A stretch of DNA of 64,000 nt from Planctomycetia bacterium. Lineage in GTDB: Bacteria; Planctomycetota; Planctomycetia; Pirellulales; UBA1268. Under the pieces are notes generated by a model. The model made no database searches. It was not told where the DNA came from and worked only from the letters and a program-made list of their open reading frames with translations. Positions 30,663 to 40,381 of the stretch are shown here, piece by piece. The stretch is from assembly GCA_021414115.1 (NCBI GenBank), contig JAIOPD010000095.1, positions 21,989-85,988 of the forward strand, read 5' to 3'. A program made the translations under genes and the position numbers. Position 1 is the stretch's first letter, and the number at the start of each line of letters is the position of its first letter.

Positions 30663-30830
30663 TGAACGCTGCTTGGTGCGGCCCCATGCGAGCCGGGTGC
30701 GGCACGCTGCCAAGAAAAGCTCCCCGAGTAGGATCACGCACAATCGCGTGTTGCTGCGAGAATTTCGGTGATTCCACCCGAGAGCGACGCAGTATCCGAC
30801 GCAGTCGTTAGTCCGCAGGAGGCCGCAAAA
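30645..30830. repeat. att-like site 6 (core 30716-30734, class B arm 30784-30803)
   Basis: Core AAAGCTCCCCGAGTAGGAT; arm GCGACGCAGTATCCGACGCA at +68; left flank homologous to site 1. Confidence 0.9.
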
Positions 30831-30861
30831 GGCAGTGCAGGAATGCCGCGGTCGGCCCGCG

Positions 30862-32436
30862 TCATTCTCCAACACTCAGGCTGGAGCCCTTTTGTTTCGG
30901 CGGATACTTCTGCAACGTCGCCATGTGTTGTCCCAGTCGATCCATCACCTCGTTGTAGAGATAGGTTTTTTGTTGGGTGAGAGTCGCCCGAGGCCCCGGG
31001 GCCTGATCGTAGCTTTCGTAGGGGTCCTGCCGGACGTTGAACAGCCAGGCAAGGTCGGGCTTGGTTGTCGTGCCGTAATAGCCGTCCCGAGTCAAAAAGT
31101 GAGCCTTCCACTGGTTCATGCGGATGGCCTGGATCCGGGATTCCGCGTAATAGATGTACTCGTCCCGCGCTGATTCTTTCGCTGCGCCGGTCCAATAGCC
31201 AAGATTATTGACGCCGTCGATGTGGTTTTTGTGTTCCACGTCGGTGCCGAGCTTGTCACCTCGACCAATCCGCTCGCGGATATCGGGAACACCGGCGGCG
31301 GCCGACAACGTCGTGAATACGTCCTCATGGCTCTGGATGCCGTTGAGTTCTGATCCCGCGGGAATCCTGCCCGGCCAGCGGACCAGCATCGGAACCCGCA
31401 CCCCGCCTTCCCACGTCGTCATCTTTTCCGAGCGAAACGGTGTTGTGCCGCCGTGCGGATACGTGGAGTGCTCGACGCCATTGTCCGTCGAGTAGATCAC
31501 GATGGTGTTGTCAGCGATGCCCATTTCGTCAAGTTGTTTGAGAATCATGCCCACATGTTCGTCGTGCTGGATCACACCCGCACCGTAGGCATCGTGGTAG
31601 CTCGTGTGCTGCTTCACCTCGTCGCGATATCGCTCGGGCACGCGAGTGAAGGTGTGCATGCGTGTGGTCGCGAACCACACGAAGAACGGCTTGCGTGCCG
31701 CCTGAGCCTTCTTCATGAACAACGTGCCTTCGTTCACGAGTTCCTCGTCGACGGTCTCCATCCGCTTGCGGGTGAGCGGCCCCGTGTCCACGATCCGCTG
31801 CTTGCCGATCTTTCCGAATCGAGGATCGACAGTTTCGTCCGCCGTATCGGTTGCCCAGGTGTGGAGCACTCCCCGTGGCCCGTGCCGTTTCTTGAATTCC
31901 GGATCGGCGGGGTAATCCTCGTCTTCCGGCTCCTCCTCGGTGTTCAGGTGGTAGAGATTGCCGAAGAACTCGTCGAATCCGTGGATGGTCGGCAGATGCT
32001 CGTTCCGATCGCCCAGGTGGTTCTTGCCAAACTGTCCAGTGGCGTAGCCTCGCGTCTTGAGCACCTCGGCGAGCGTGGCGTCCTGAGGCTGCATGCCCAC
32101 CGGTCCTCCGACCATGCCCACCGCCGTTAAGCCCGTGCGGATCGGATACATCCCGGTGACGAACGCCGACCGACCAGCGGTACAGGAGGGATGTGCGTAG
32201 TGGTCGGTGAACAACACACCTTCTTTCGCAATGCGATCGATGTTTGGTGTGCGATATCCCATCACGCCGCGACTATAGATGCTGAGATTGGTGAAGCCGA
32301 CGTCGTCACCCCAAATGACAACGATGTTCGGTTTATTTCCGTCTGCCCCAGGTTGAGCAGCGACGTTGTGGTGACCTATCCAATGCAGGGCGGTGAATGC
32401 AAGAACCATCGAAGCAACATGCGATCGTTTCAACAT
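30862..32436 (-). CDS. Arylsulfatase (formylglycine-dependent, Cys type)
   Basis: Signal peptide, PNIVVIWGDDVG, SCTAGRS, GKNHLG, STDNG. Confidence 0.93.
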   Translation of the reverse strand: MLKRSHVASMVLAFTALHWIGHHNVAAQPGADGNKPNIVVIWGDDVGFTNLSIYSRGVMGYRTPNIDRIAKEGVLFTDHYAHPSCTAGRSAFVTGMYPIRTGLTAVGMVGGPVGMQPQDATLAEVLKTRGYATGQFGKNHLGDRNEHLPTIHGFDEFFGNLYHLNTEEEPEDEDYPADPEFKKRHGPRGVLHTWATDTADETVDPRFGKIGKQRIVDTGPLTRKRMETVDEELVNEGTLFMKKAQAARKPFFVWFATTRMHTFTRVPERYRDEVKQHTSYHDAYGAGVIQHDEHVGMILKQLDEMGIADNTIVIYSTDNGVEHSTYPHGGTTPFRSEKMTTWEGGVRVPMLVRWPGRIPAGSELNGIQSHEDVFTTLSAAAGVPDIRERIGRGDKLGTDVEHKNHIDGVNNLGYWTGAAKESARDEYIYYAESRIQAIRMNQWKAHFLTRDGYYGTTTKPDLAWLFNVRQDPYESYDQAPGPRATLTQQKTYLYNEVMDRLGQHMATLQKYPPKQKGSSLSVGE

Positions 32437-32734
32437 CGTGAAAACTCCTCGTCAGTTAGCGAATCAAAGAGCACAAAGTGTTGAAGTACGGATGTTCGAC
32501 CCGCCTCCGTCGCCAAACGGCTGCGACCAATGGCCCTGCGTCTCTCCCCCGAGGAACGTACCATGAAAGCGGAACAGCCCACGGTGCCGCGAACGGCACC
32601 GGACTGCACCTCATCGGCCGCTCGTCAACCGTCTGATGCTTGCGGAAGTACCGTTGACCGTCCTTTTCCTTGAAAACTGTGGTTGGCAGATCTAGCATTC
32701 GCTGCCCCCGCCTTTCCGAAAGGATCTTTTCACG

Positions 32735-34333
32735 ATGACTATCCAACGATCTTCCCTGCTGCTTCTGGCCGCCGTCGCGATTCTCGGCCTGCCAGCCTCC
32801 GGCGCCGCCGCGGCGCAGCCGAAGCAGCCCAACATTCTCGTTATCTGGGGCGACGACATCGGCCAGTCAAACATCAGCGCCTACACGCGGGGCATGATGG
32901 GGTACCAGACGCCGAACATCGATCGGATTGCCCGCGAAGGCATCATGTTCACCGACTACTACGGTGAACAGAGCTGCACGGCGGGTCGGTCGGCTTTCCT
33001 GCTTGGGCAGAGCGTGTTTCGCACCGGTCTTTCGAAGGTCGGCCTGCCCGGAGCCAAGGAAGGCATCAGCACGCTCGATCCCACCATCGCCGGTCTCCTC
33101 AAGGATCAGGGCTATGCCACCGGGCAGTTCGGCAAGAATCACTTCGGTGACCGCGACGAGCATCTACCGACGAATCACGGTTTCGATGAGTTCTATGGCA
33201 ACCTCTACCATCTCAATGCCGAGGAGGAGCCAGAGAACGAAGACTATCCCGGCGACCTGGTTTTGCCAGATGGATCGACTTTCCGGAAGCGGTTCGGCCC
33301 CCGCGGCGTGATCAAGTCGTTTGCCAACGGTGCGATCGAGGACACTGGCCCGCTCACCCGCAAGCGGATGGAATCGGTCGATGACGACACGAGCGATCGT
33401 GCAATTGACTTTATCCGTCGCCAGCATGCGGCCGGTAAGCCGTGGTTCGTCTGGTGGAACGGCACGCGGATGCACTTTCGCACGCACATCAGCGACGAGC
33501 GGACGGCCGAGATCAAGAAGCAGTATCCGCACGCCGACGCGTACACCGTCGGCATGATCGAGCACGACATGCACATCGGCAAGTTCCTGGCGCTGCTCGA
33601 TGAGCTCGGCCTCGCCGACAACACGATCGTCCATTACTCAACCGACAACGGCCCGCATTCCAACACCTGGCCAGATGCTGCTGCGACCCCGTTTCGCGGC
33701 GAGAAAAATACCAACTGGGAGGGCGGCTGGCGGGTCCCCTGCCTGGTGCGCTGGCCCGGCGTGGTCAAGCCAGGCTCCGTGTCCAACGGGGTCGTCCATC
33801 ACATGGACTGGCTGCCGACCTTTCTGGCGGCCGCCGGTAAGCCTGATATCAAGCAGGATCTGCTCGACGGCTACAGGTCACCCGCCCTTGGCCGCGAGTA
33901 CAAGGTGCACCTCGACGGCTACAGCCTGGTCGACCACCTCAAGGACCCCCAAGCCACGCCGAGTCCGCGGAAGGAAGTCTTCTACTTCTCTGACGACGGT
34001 GACCTGACCGCGCTGCGATATGACGACTGGAAGTTCATTTTCATGGAACAGAAGACGCAGGGCACGCTCCGCGTCTGGATGGAGCCCTTCACGCCGCTCC
34101 GCATCCCGCTGGTGTTCAATCTCAGGCGCGACCCCTACGAGCGAGCTTCCGTCACTTCCAACACCTATTACGATTGGATGATCGACCGCGCTTTCATGCT
34201 GGTGCCGGCCCAGGCTTATGTCGGGAAGTTCTTGGCGACCTTTCGGGACTACCCGCCGCGCATGAAGGCCGCCAGTTTTTCGCTCGACAAGGTCATGGAG
34301 ACGCTGAAGCAAGGGGCGTCGGGCGCCCAATGA
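32735..34333 (+). CDS. Arylsulfatase (formylglycine-dependent, Cys type)
   Basis: PNILVIWGDDIG, QSCTAGRS, GKNHFG, STDNG, WEGGWRVP. Confidence 0.94.
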   Translation: MTIQRSSLLLLAAVAILGLPASGAAAAQPKQPNILVIWGDDIGQSNISAYTRGMMGYQTPNIDRIAREGIMFTDYYGEQSCTAGRSAFLLGQSVFRTGLSKVGLPGAKEGISTLDPTIAGLLKDQGYATGQFGKNHFGDRDEHLPTNHGFDEFYGNLYHLNAEEEPENEDYPGDLVLPDGSTFRKRFGPRGVIKSFANGAIEDTGPLTRKRMESVDDDTSDRAIDFIRRQHAAGKPWFVWWNGTRMHFRTHISDERTAEIKKQYPHADAYTVGMIEHDMHIGKFLALLDELGLADNTIVHYSTDNGPHSNTWPDAAATPFRGEKNTNWEGGWRVPCLVRWPGVVKPGSVSNGVVHHMDWLPTFLAAAGKPDIKQDLLDGYRSPALGREYKVHLDGYSLVDHLKDPQATPSPRKEVFYFSDDGDLTALRYDDWKFIFMEQKTQGTLRVWMEPFTPLRIPLVFNLRRDPYERASVTSNTYYDWMIDRAFMLVPAQAYVGKFLATFRDYPPRMKAASFSLDKVMETLKQGASGAQ

Positions 34334-34351
34334 CGGTTCCTGTGGCCTTGG

Positions 34352-35809
34352 TTAAAATGTAGCGTTGGCACGGACGCCATACACGAAGGCGTTGTCCGTG
34401 GAGATGGCCCCGAGCCCTGGGCGGATCCACTGGAGATCAGGCGTGATGTTGAGCCAGGGTTTGGCCTGGATGTTGTAGAACCACTCGAGCCCCATGCCGT
34501 TCCGTGGGCCGAACAGGGCCGTGGGCACTGGGCCGAACTGGTCACTCGCCCCCACCAGAAACCAGCCCAGCCCGAACGTGTCGCCGCGGCGTGGCCCCAG
34601 CGGACTGAAGCCACCGATACCGGTGCTCAGGAAATATTGGACCGGGTTGGGGTTGCCGTCGCCGATCGAGGCCCGGCCGAACAGGCCCCAGCCGCGGTCC
34701 GGATCGTCGGTGTAGCGGACGAAGTACTGGTCGAAGCCGTAGTAGACGAGCCAGGAGTCCCAGCGCGTCCGCGGGCCGGCTGCAGGTGGCCCGTAGCCGG
34801 GCTCATAGCCGGGCTCCGGCGGCGTGAACGCATATCGAAGGTCGAGCTGCTGCTGGTGCTTCCAGACACCGCCCACGTGCTGCTGACCCGGCAGATCGAA
34901 GAACATCGTCTTCGCCTTGACCTCGCCGCCGATGATGATCCCCTCGTTGAAGAGGTCGCCGAACTGCATGAAGTCGGCGGTGCGGTTCTTGGGATCCATG
35001 ACGAACATCGCCATGCCGCCCCAGTCGCGGGGCGAGACGATTCCGGCGGTGAAGAAGGAGTAGGGCATCCCGAGCAGGAACTGCGGATTGGCGATGAGCG
35101 CCTGGTTGACGAACTGATCGGTGCCATCGCCGCCGGCGAAGACGTCTTGGTCAAAGGAGCCGAGCACGTCTTTCTTGCCGCCGAACACGACCCAGTTCGG
35201 TGACAGCGGCTGCGTGAAGAGAAAGTTCGTGATGTAGGGCACGCCGGGGTTGTCCGGCCGCGGCGGCAGGAGCGCGGGAAACACCGTCGGTGTGAAGGTG
35301 CCCGCCCGCAGTGAGACGTTGCCATAGTCGCCATACCACTGCTCGGCCCGCACGAGCAGGCGGCCGTGGGGCAGGCCACCGAATTTCTCGAGATCGAAGA
35401 CGGCGTCGTATTCGCTGCGGCCGGTGTACTTGAACACGTCGCCTTGCCCGAGCGGCGGCGGCACCGGCCGGTCGATGCCGCCGGCAAGCCCGAACCCGAA
35501 CTGCGTTACCCGGCCGCCGAACGTGATCCCCGATTCCTTGGTTGAGAGCCAGCGGTCGAAGAGCTCGCCCGTCACCGTCTTGGGGCCGAAGGTGTCGTCT
35601 CGCTCTGGCGGCGCCCCTGCGGGTAAGCCGGGCGCCGCCTCGAACGGCAGCGCCGCCGGATCGTCGGGGAGCAGATCGATGGAATACGGATACGCCTGCC
35701 GCTCGGTGACGACCTGCTCTTCGGCATCGGCAGCCTCCTGGGCAGAACAGCGCACCGCCGCTACCGCCAGAAGCAGGCAGACCACGACGGGAACGAAGGT
35801 GCGAGTCAC
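34352..35809 (-). CDS. Carbohydrate-selective porin (OprB family)
   Basis: Signal peptide, DLEK..G, WGLFGR, DTFGLG, EWFYN..ITPDLQWI, terminal Phe. Confidence 0.8.
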   Translation of the reverse strand: MTRTFVPVVVCLLLAVAAVRCSAQEAADAEEQVVTERQAYPYSIDLLPDDPAALPFEAAPGLPAGAPPERDDTFGPKTVTGELFDRWLSTKESGITFGGRVTQFGFGLAGGIDRPVPPPLGQGDVFKYTGRSEYDAVFDLEKFGGLPHGRLLVRAEQWYGDYGNVSLRAGTFTPTVFPALLPPRPDNPGVPYITNFLFTQPLSPNWVVFGGKKDVLGSFDQDVFAGGDGTDQFVNQALIANPQFLLGMPYSFFTAGIVSPRDWGGMAMFVMDPKNRTADFMQFGDLFNEGIIIGGEVKAKTMFFDLPGQQHVGGVWKHQQQLDLRYAFTPPEPGYEPGYGPPAAGPRTRWDSWLVYYGFDQYFVRYTDDPDRGWGLFGRASIGDGNPNPVQYFLSTGIGGFSPLGPRRGDTFGLGWFLVGASDQFGPVPTALFGPRNGMGLEWFYNIQAKPWLNITPDLQWIRPGLGAISTDNAFVYGVRANATF

Positions 35810-35821
35810 GGTTCAGTACCT

Positions 35822-37252
35822 TTAGAAAACAGCCACGATCTGCGTGCGCACGAGCAGGCCGGTCTGGCCAGCCACGAAGCCGGTGCGGTTCTGGCCTGCC
35901 GGAGAGCTTTCCAGCCAGGCTGCGTCGAAGGTGAAAAAAAGGTTGTCCTTCCCCGGCAGAAAAAACTGGTTGAATCCTCCGCCGAGTTCGTATCCCGCGC
36001 CATACGCGCCGGTGACGTACGACGTGCGGGCGTACAGTTCGGTCTCACGAGGAACGACGAAATAGCCCCCCTTCACGAAGCCGCCGAATGCCGAGGTGGA
36101 CGTGATTGGCAGCGGCCCGGTGCCGACGAAGTTGAGCAGGTCCTGAAAATAGATTTCCGACGACAGGCCGAAGCCGCGGTACTTCCAGGCCCAATCGATC
36201 GCCGCCAGCGAGATGTCGTACGACTGCAAGGTGACGCCGGGGGCAAGTGCACCCGGCGTCGTGATGATCGTGCCGTCCGAGAGGCGAACGGGGGAGTTTT
36301 CGACGGCATCGCTCGCGGCCTGACTGCCGCTGCCCAGCGCGAATGTGTAGGAGCCGCCGAGCCGGACCGCAGCCTGCTCGTGGTGCTGGAGATCAGAATA
36401 CCCACGGCCGAACTCGCCCCATGGCTCCCACCAGGCCGATCCCGACCAGGCAAAGCGGTTGTTGAGTTCCTCGGGCAGCAGGTTCAGCGTGTTGAATCCG
36501 TTTGCCATCATGGCGTGGTAATAGAAACCATCGAGCGGCTCGCCCATGAGCCAGACGCCCTGGCTCAAGCTGGGGCGGAAGAAGGTGGTGGCCATGGTGC
36601 GATCGGCACTCTGGAGTGGCACAAACGCGCTCTCGATCCACTCCCGGGAGCCCGGCACTTTTGACTGGCCGACGTACAGTTCGAGCGCCTTGCTGAACCG
36701 ATAGCTCAGCCAGAAGGCGCGGAAGCCGATCGGTTGGTTCGTGACCGAGTTGTAGTCGATGTTCAAGAGGTACGAGAGCCGGGGCATCAACGCGTTGCCC
36801 GAGAAGATCAAGCGTCCGCGGGGGATACCGAAGTAGTTCGAGTTGTTGATGGGAATCACATTGCCCGCGCTGTCGCTCCACGAGGGCTTGGCTCGGGAGA
36901 AGCCGTCGTAGCGGAACATGTTTTGGTTACGGATCCGGAGCGAATACGGCGTCTCCTCCGGGTCGTTCGGCAGAATGGCAAACCCGTTGTCGTAGTCGAC
37001 GTAGAACCGGCCCCCGCGCCAGGCGGAGTCGGCGCCAGTGCAGCCAGTGCACGACGCTCCCGCGCCAGCGAACTCGGCCTCCCACGCTTCGGGCACCGGC
37101 GGCGGAACCGCCTCGACGGCGACATCGGCCGGGGCAGGCCCGGTGGCCCGGGCAAGAGGCGGTGCTCCGGCGGTCAGGGCGAGACAGGCGGCGATCGCCA
37201 GGCAACCGCAGACGGGCCTGGAAACGGATCGCTCTCGCATGGCATTGGGCAT
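35822..37252 (-). CDS. Outer-membrane beta-barrel (porin-like) protein
   Basis: RGRLIFSG, GQSKVPGSRE, amphipathic beta strands, C-terminal LVRTQIVAVF; start uncertain. Confidence 0.65.
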   Translation of the reverse strand: MPNAMRERSVSRPVCGCLAIAACLALTAGAPPLARATGPAPADVAVEAVPPPVPEAWEAEFAGAGASCTGCTGADSAWRGGRFYVDYDNGFAILPNDPEETPYSLRIRNQNMFRYDGFSRAKPSWSDSAGNVIPINNSNYFGIPRGRLIFSGNALMPRLSYLLNIDYNSVTNQPIGFRAFWLSYRFSKALELYVGQSKVPGSREWIESAFVPLQSADRTMATTFFRPSLSQGVWLMGEPLDGFYYHAMMANGFNTLNLLPEELNNRFAWSGSAWWEPWGEFGRGYSDLQHHEQAAVRLGGSYTFALGSGSQAASDAVENSPVRLSDGTIITTPGALAPGVTLQSYDISLAAIDWAWKYRGFGLSSEIYFQDLLNFVGTGPLPITSTSAFGGFVKGGYFVVPRETELYARTSYVTGAYGAGYELGGGFNQFFLPGKDNLFFTFDAAWLESSPAGQNRTGFVAGQTGLLVRTQIVAVF

Positions 37253-37444
37253 GATGCAGTGTTTCTGCGATGGCGGCACGCGCTCGAGCCGGGCAGGCTC
37301 GTGGCAGCCTGGGCAGACCGCGGAATGTGGGAACTTGTGCGCACGCCTCCCCCGTGGATGGAGCAACTCCTCTGCCATTGCTCATCGGCCGATCGTGCCG
37401 ACTGCGTCAAGAAATCCGGTTAGGAGACGTATGCCGGCCGCCGA

Positions 37445-39535
37445 TCACTCGGGGATCGTCTTCCCCGGCACGGCCTCGTAGGCGTCGGCGTGAAGGACCT
37501 TCTCCTTGCCCCGCGTGCCGGGCAGGATCTCGAACCGCGGGTCGAAGTCCACCATCGTCGCGGCGAGCTTCGCCAGCATGGAGACATCGCCCTCGACCTT
37601 CGCCGTGCCGTCCTTGATATGGGACTCGAGCGTCTTGGCTCCGGTCATCGTCTGCTCGAGGTCCTTGCGGTTGATCGTGAGCGTCAGATCCGCCTTCTCG
37701 GCGAGGAAGCCCGGCAGGTTCGTAAGCGTGGCGTTCTCAAGCTCCACCACGAACTTCTCACCGTTGTCGGGCGTGATCAGGTTCATCGTGAACCTCATCC
37801 CTTCGGCCTTGCGGCTGTCCATCCGGATGCCGAGGAAGTCGAGGAACAGTTCCGTACTCATCGCCCGGATCACGTCGGGACCGCTCGACTTGGGCGAGGC
37901 ACCCTCGGGAACCCCCTCGCGAAGCTCGTAGGCGCCCGCCAGGAAACTGTTGCGCAGGCCGGGGTTCTCCTGCTGGTAGCCGATCTGCTCGAACACGTCG
38001 GCGAGCAGATCCTTGGCAACCTGGTTTGTGGGCTCGGCATGCACGAGCTTGTCGAGGATCTCCGAGGCCAGCAGATATTCGCCCTTGTCGTGCAGCTGCC
38101 TGGCCTTGGCCAGGATCTTGTCCGTGCCCCCCATCATCTCGACATACATGGGCGCCGAGTCCTCGGGCGAAAGCGGGATGAGGGTCGCCGGATTACAGTC
38201 CCAGTAGCCGAGATAACGATTGACGACCGCCCGAGCGTTGTGCGGCACCGAGCCGTGGTAGCCGCGGCAGTCCCACCGCTGTTCGAGGCTCTTGGGCAGC
38301 GCGTAGACGTTGTGAATTTGATTGACCGTGACGCCCTGATTGGCCAGATGGAGCACTTGGTTGTTGAAGTGCGCGTAGAGATCCCGCTGGCCGCGCAGGA
38401 TCTCCTGGACGCGGTCGTTTCCCCACCGAGGCCAGTGGTGCGCGCCGAACATCACCACCGCCTCTTGGCCGAAGCGGTAGAGCGCCTCGTTGATGTACTT
38501 CGACCAGTTGAGGGCATCCCGCACGAGCGCGCCGCGGAGCGTGTAGATGTTGTGGAGCGTCGCGCAGACGTTCTCGGCGATCCAGAGGGCCTTCATGTCG
38601 GGGATGTAGGTGTTCATCTCCGACGGGGCCTCGGTGTTGGGCGTGTTCTGAAAAATCATCCGCACGCCGTCGACCTCGATCTCCTCGAGGTCTTTTTCCA
38701 CGATGCGGGTCGGGGCGATCAGGCCGGACGTGCCCCGGGAGATGGCATGGCCGAGTCCCTGGGTGACGTAGCCGTAGGGGCCGACCGGCAGGAGAACGCC
38801 GTACTGGTAGAAGAGCCGCCGGTTCATGGCGTTGCCGGCGAAGACGTTCTCCGAGATCGAAAAGTCCATAAAGTCGCGGGGGGCAAGGATCTGAACCTTT
38901 CCGGCGCGGACGTCGGCCTCGTCGACCACGCCGCGAACGCCGCCCCAGTGGTCGCCGTGGGAGTGGGAGTAGACGACCGCCGTGACCGGCAGCCCTTCCC
39001 CCTTGTGTTCCTGGAAGAGCTTCCAGGCGGCCCGCATGGCGTCGGCCGTGACGAGACAGTCAAACACGATCCAGCCGGTCTTGCCGCGCACGAACGTCGT
39101 CTGGGCGAGATCGAGCCCGCGGACTTGGTAGATGCCAGGAATGACCTCGTACAGGCCGTAGTTGTTGTTGAGCTGGCCGATCCGATGCATCGAGGGATGC
39201 ACGGTGTCGAACTCGTCCTTCTGGTCGAGAAACTGAAACCGCGTCATGTCCCACACGACGTCCCCGGCATCGGTCTTGATCGTGAGGTCCTTCATCGGGG
39301 CGATCAGCCCCTTCCGCTGCTCGTCGAAGTCACGGGTGTCGTCGAACGGCAGAGCCTGCCGCGCCTTCCGCAGCACCGCCTTCGTGAACTCCGATGGCGG
39401 CTTGCCCTTGGGATGAAAGTGTCCCGTAGCCGGGGCGACCGGGGCCGGGGCCGCCGCGGCCGTGTCGTTGTCGAGCATGTTGGCCGCCACGGCGAAGGCC
39501 GGAAGGCTCTGCACGAACTGGCGTCTGGTGGTCAT
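37445..39535 (-). CDS. Alkyl/aryl sulfatase (SdsA-type MBL fold with dimerisation and SCP2 domains), Tat-exported
   Basis: MTTRRQF twin-Arg signal, YSHSHGDHWGG, TEAPSEM, HNIYTLRGA, HHWPRWG. Confidence 0.93.
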   Translation of the reverse strand: MTTRRQFVQSLPAFAVAANMLDNDTAAAAPAPVAPATGHFHPKGKPPSEFTKAVLRKARQALPFDDTRDFDEQRKGLIAPMKDLTIKTDAGDVVWDMTRFQFLDQKDEFDTVHPSMHRIGQLNNNYGLYEVIPGIYQVRGLDLAQTTFVRGKTGWIVFDCLVTADAMRAAWKLFQEHKGEGLPVTAVVYSHSHGDHWGGVRGVVDEADVRAGKVQILAPRDFMDFSISENVFAGNAMNRRLFYQYGVLLPVGPYGYVTQGLGHAISRGTSGLIAPTRIVEKDLEEIEVDGVRMIFQNTPNTEAPSEMNTYIPDMKALWIAENVCATLHNIYTLRGALVRDALNWSKYINEALYRFGQEAVVMFGAHHWPRWGNDRVQEILRGQRDLYAHFNNQVLHLANQGVTVNQIHNVYALPKSLEQRWDCRGYHGSVPHNARAVVNRYLGYWDCNPATLIPLSPEDSAPMYVEMMGGTDKILAKARQLHDKGEYLLASEILDKLVHAEPTNQVAKDLLADVFEQIGYQQENPGLRNSFLAGAYELREGVPEGASPKSSGPDVIRAMSTELFLDFLGIRMDSRKAEGMRFTMNLITPDNGEKFVVELENATLTNLPGFLAEKADLTLTINRKDLEQTMTGAKTLESHIKDGTAKVEGDVSMLAKLAATMVDFDPRFEILPGTRGKEKVLHADAYEAVPGKTIPE

Positions 39536-39614
39536 GGGGTCGGCTTTCGTTCCAGGGTGGACTGGGCGGCTCTCCCGACATGGGTAGCCGAGCAATCGAA
39601 GAATGTGAGAGTGT

Positions 39615-40157
39615 ATGGAGGCGAATGATCGTTTGCCACCAAGGGGAACGCAGCCTATGGTTCCGATAGCCATCCACTCCCGAAACTTCTCGGCATCTCG
39701 CATCGCCATCGGTGCACTGGTGCTCTGGCTCCTGATGCTCTGCGTGCTTCCCGACCCACGGCTGCTGGGCGCGCCGGGATGGGCGGTGCGACTGGCCAGC
39801 CGAGTGGGCGGGCTCAGCGATCCGCAGGCACGGTTCGTGGCCACGGCGCTGCTGCGAGGGGCCGGGGTCGGATTCGTGGGCGTGTTGCTCGCCATCGCGC
39901 TCTCGGGCTGGCGCTCGTGGTCTGCGACTGTCTGCGTGCTCGGCGGCGCGCCGCTCTTGGCCGTGGTGGCCAAGCGGATCAATTTCGGGGCGATGCCGAT
40001 TTGGAAGCAGCTCGTGTTCCGCGCTGATCTCTCGCAGCACTTCTGGGTCAGTGCCGCCCTCGCCGTACTCGCCGACGAGCAGCCGTCGTTGGCAGTAGGC
40101 CTGTCCAAGGAGGCCATGGATTCGACGCCTGGCGACTCGGTTGCGTTCTCATGCTGA
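39615..40157 (+). CDS. Hypothetical membrane protein, possibly truncated at the 3' end
   Basis: Several hydrophobic helices; ends just before an att-arm remnant. Confidence 0.5.
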   Translation: MEANDRLPPRGTQPMVPIAIHSRNFSASRIAIGALVLWLLMLCVLPDPRLLGAPGWAVRLASRVGGLSDPQARFVATALLRGAGVGFVGVLLAIALSGWRSWSATVCVLGGAPLLAVVAKRINFGAMPIWKQLVFRADLSQHFWVSAALAVLADEQPSLAVGLSKEAMDSTPGDSVAFSC

Positions 40158-40226
40158 AAAGTGAGGGTGTCTGGGGCGGGGTGACGCAGAATCCGACGCA
40201 GCGGGAAATCCGCGGGAGGCCGGACG
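40140..40226. repeat. att right-arm remnant (class B) without the tRNA core
   Basis: GTGACGCAGAATCCGACGCA at 40181-40200, followed by TCCGCGGGAGGCCG. Confidence 0.75.
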
Positions 40227-40381
40227 CTGGTGCCGGCCGGCATGCCGCACAGCGAACGCGATCTGCTCTTCTGTAAAGTGCTGCTTTTCCATGCAAAAAT
40301 CCACTCTTTCTGGTGATGCTAAGGTCAAAAAACCAAACCTCCCGGATGGATCAAAAAATGGGTAGAACGTCAGCCGTAGTG

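Noticed and set aside
39536-40243. N-terminal 236 aa extension of the alkylsulfatase ORF
   Set aside because: The Tat signal at 39535 marks the real start; the extension overlaps an opposite-strand membrane ORF and an att remnant.
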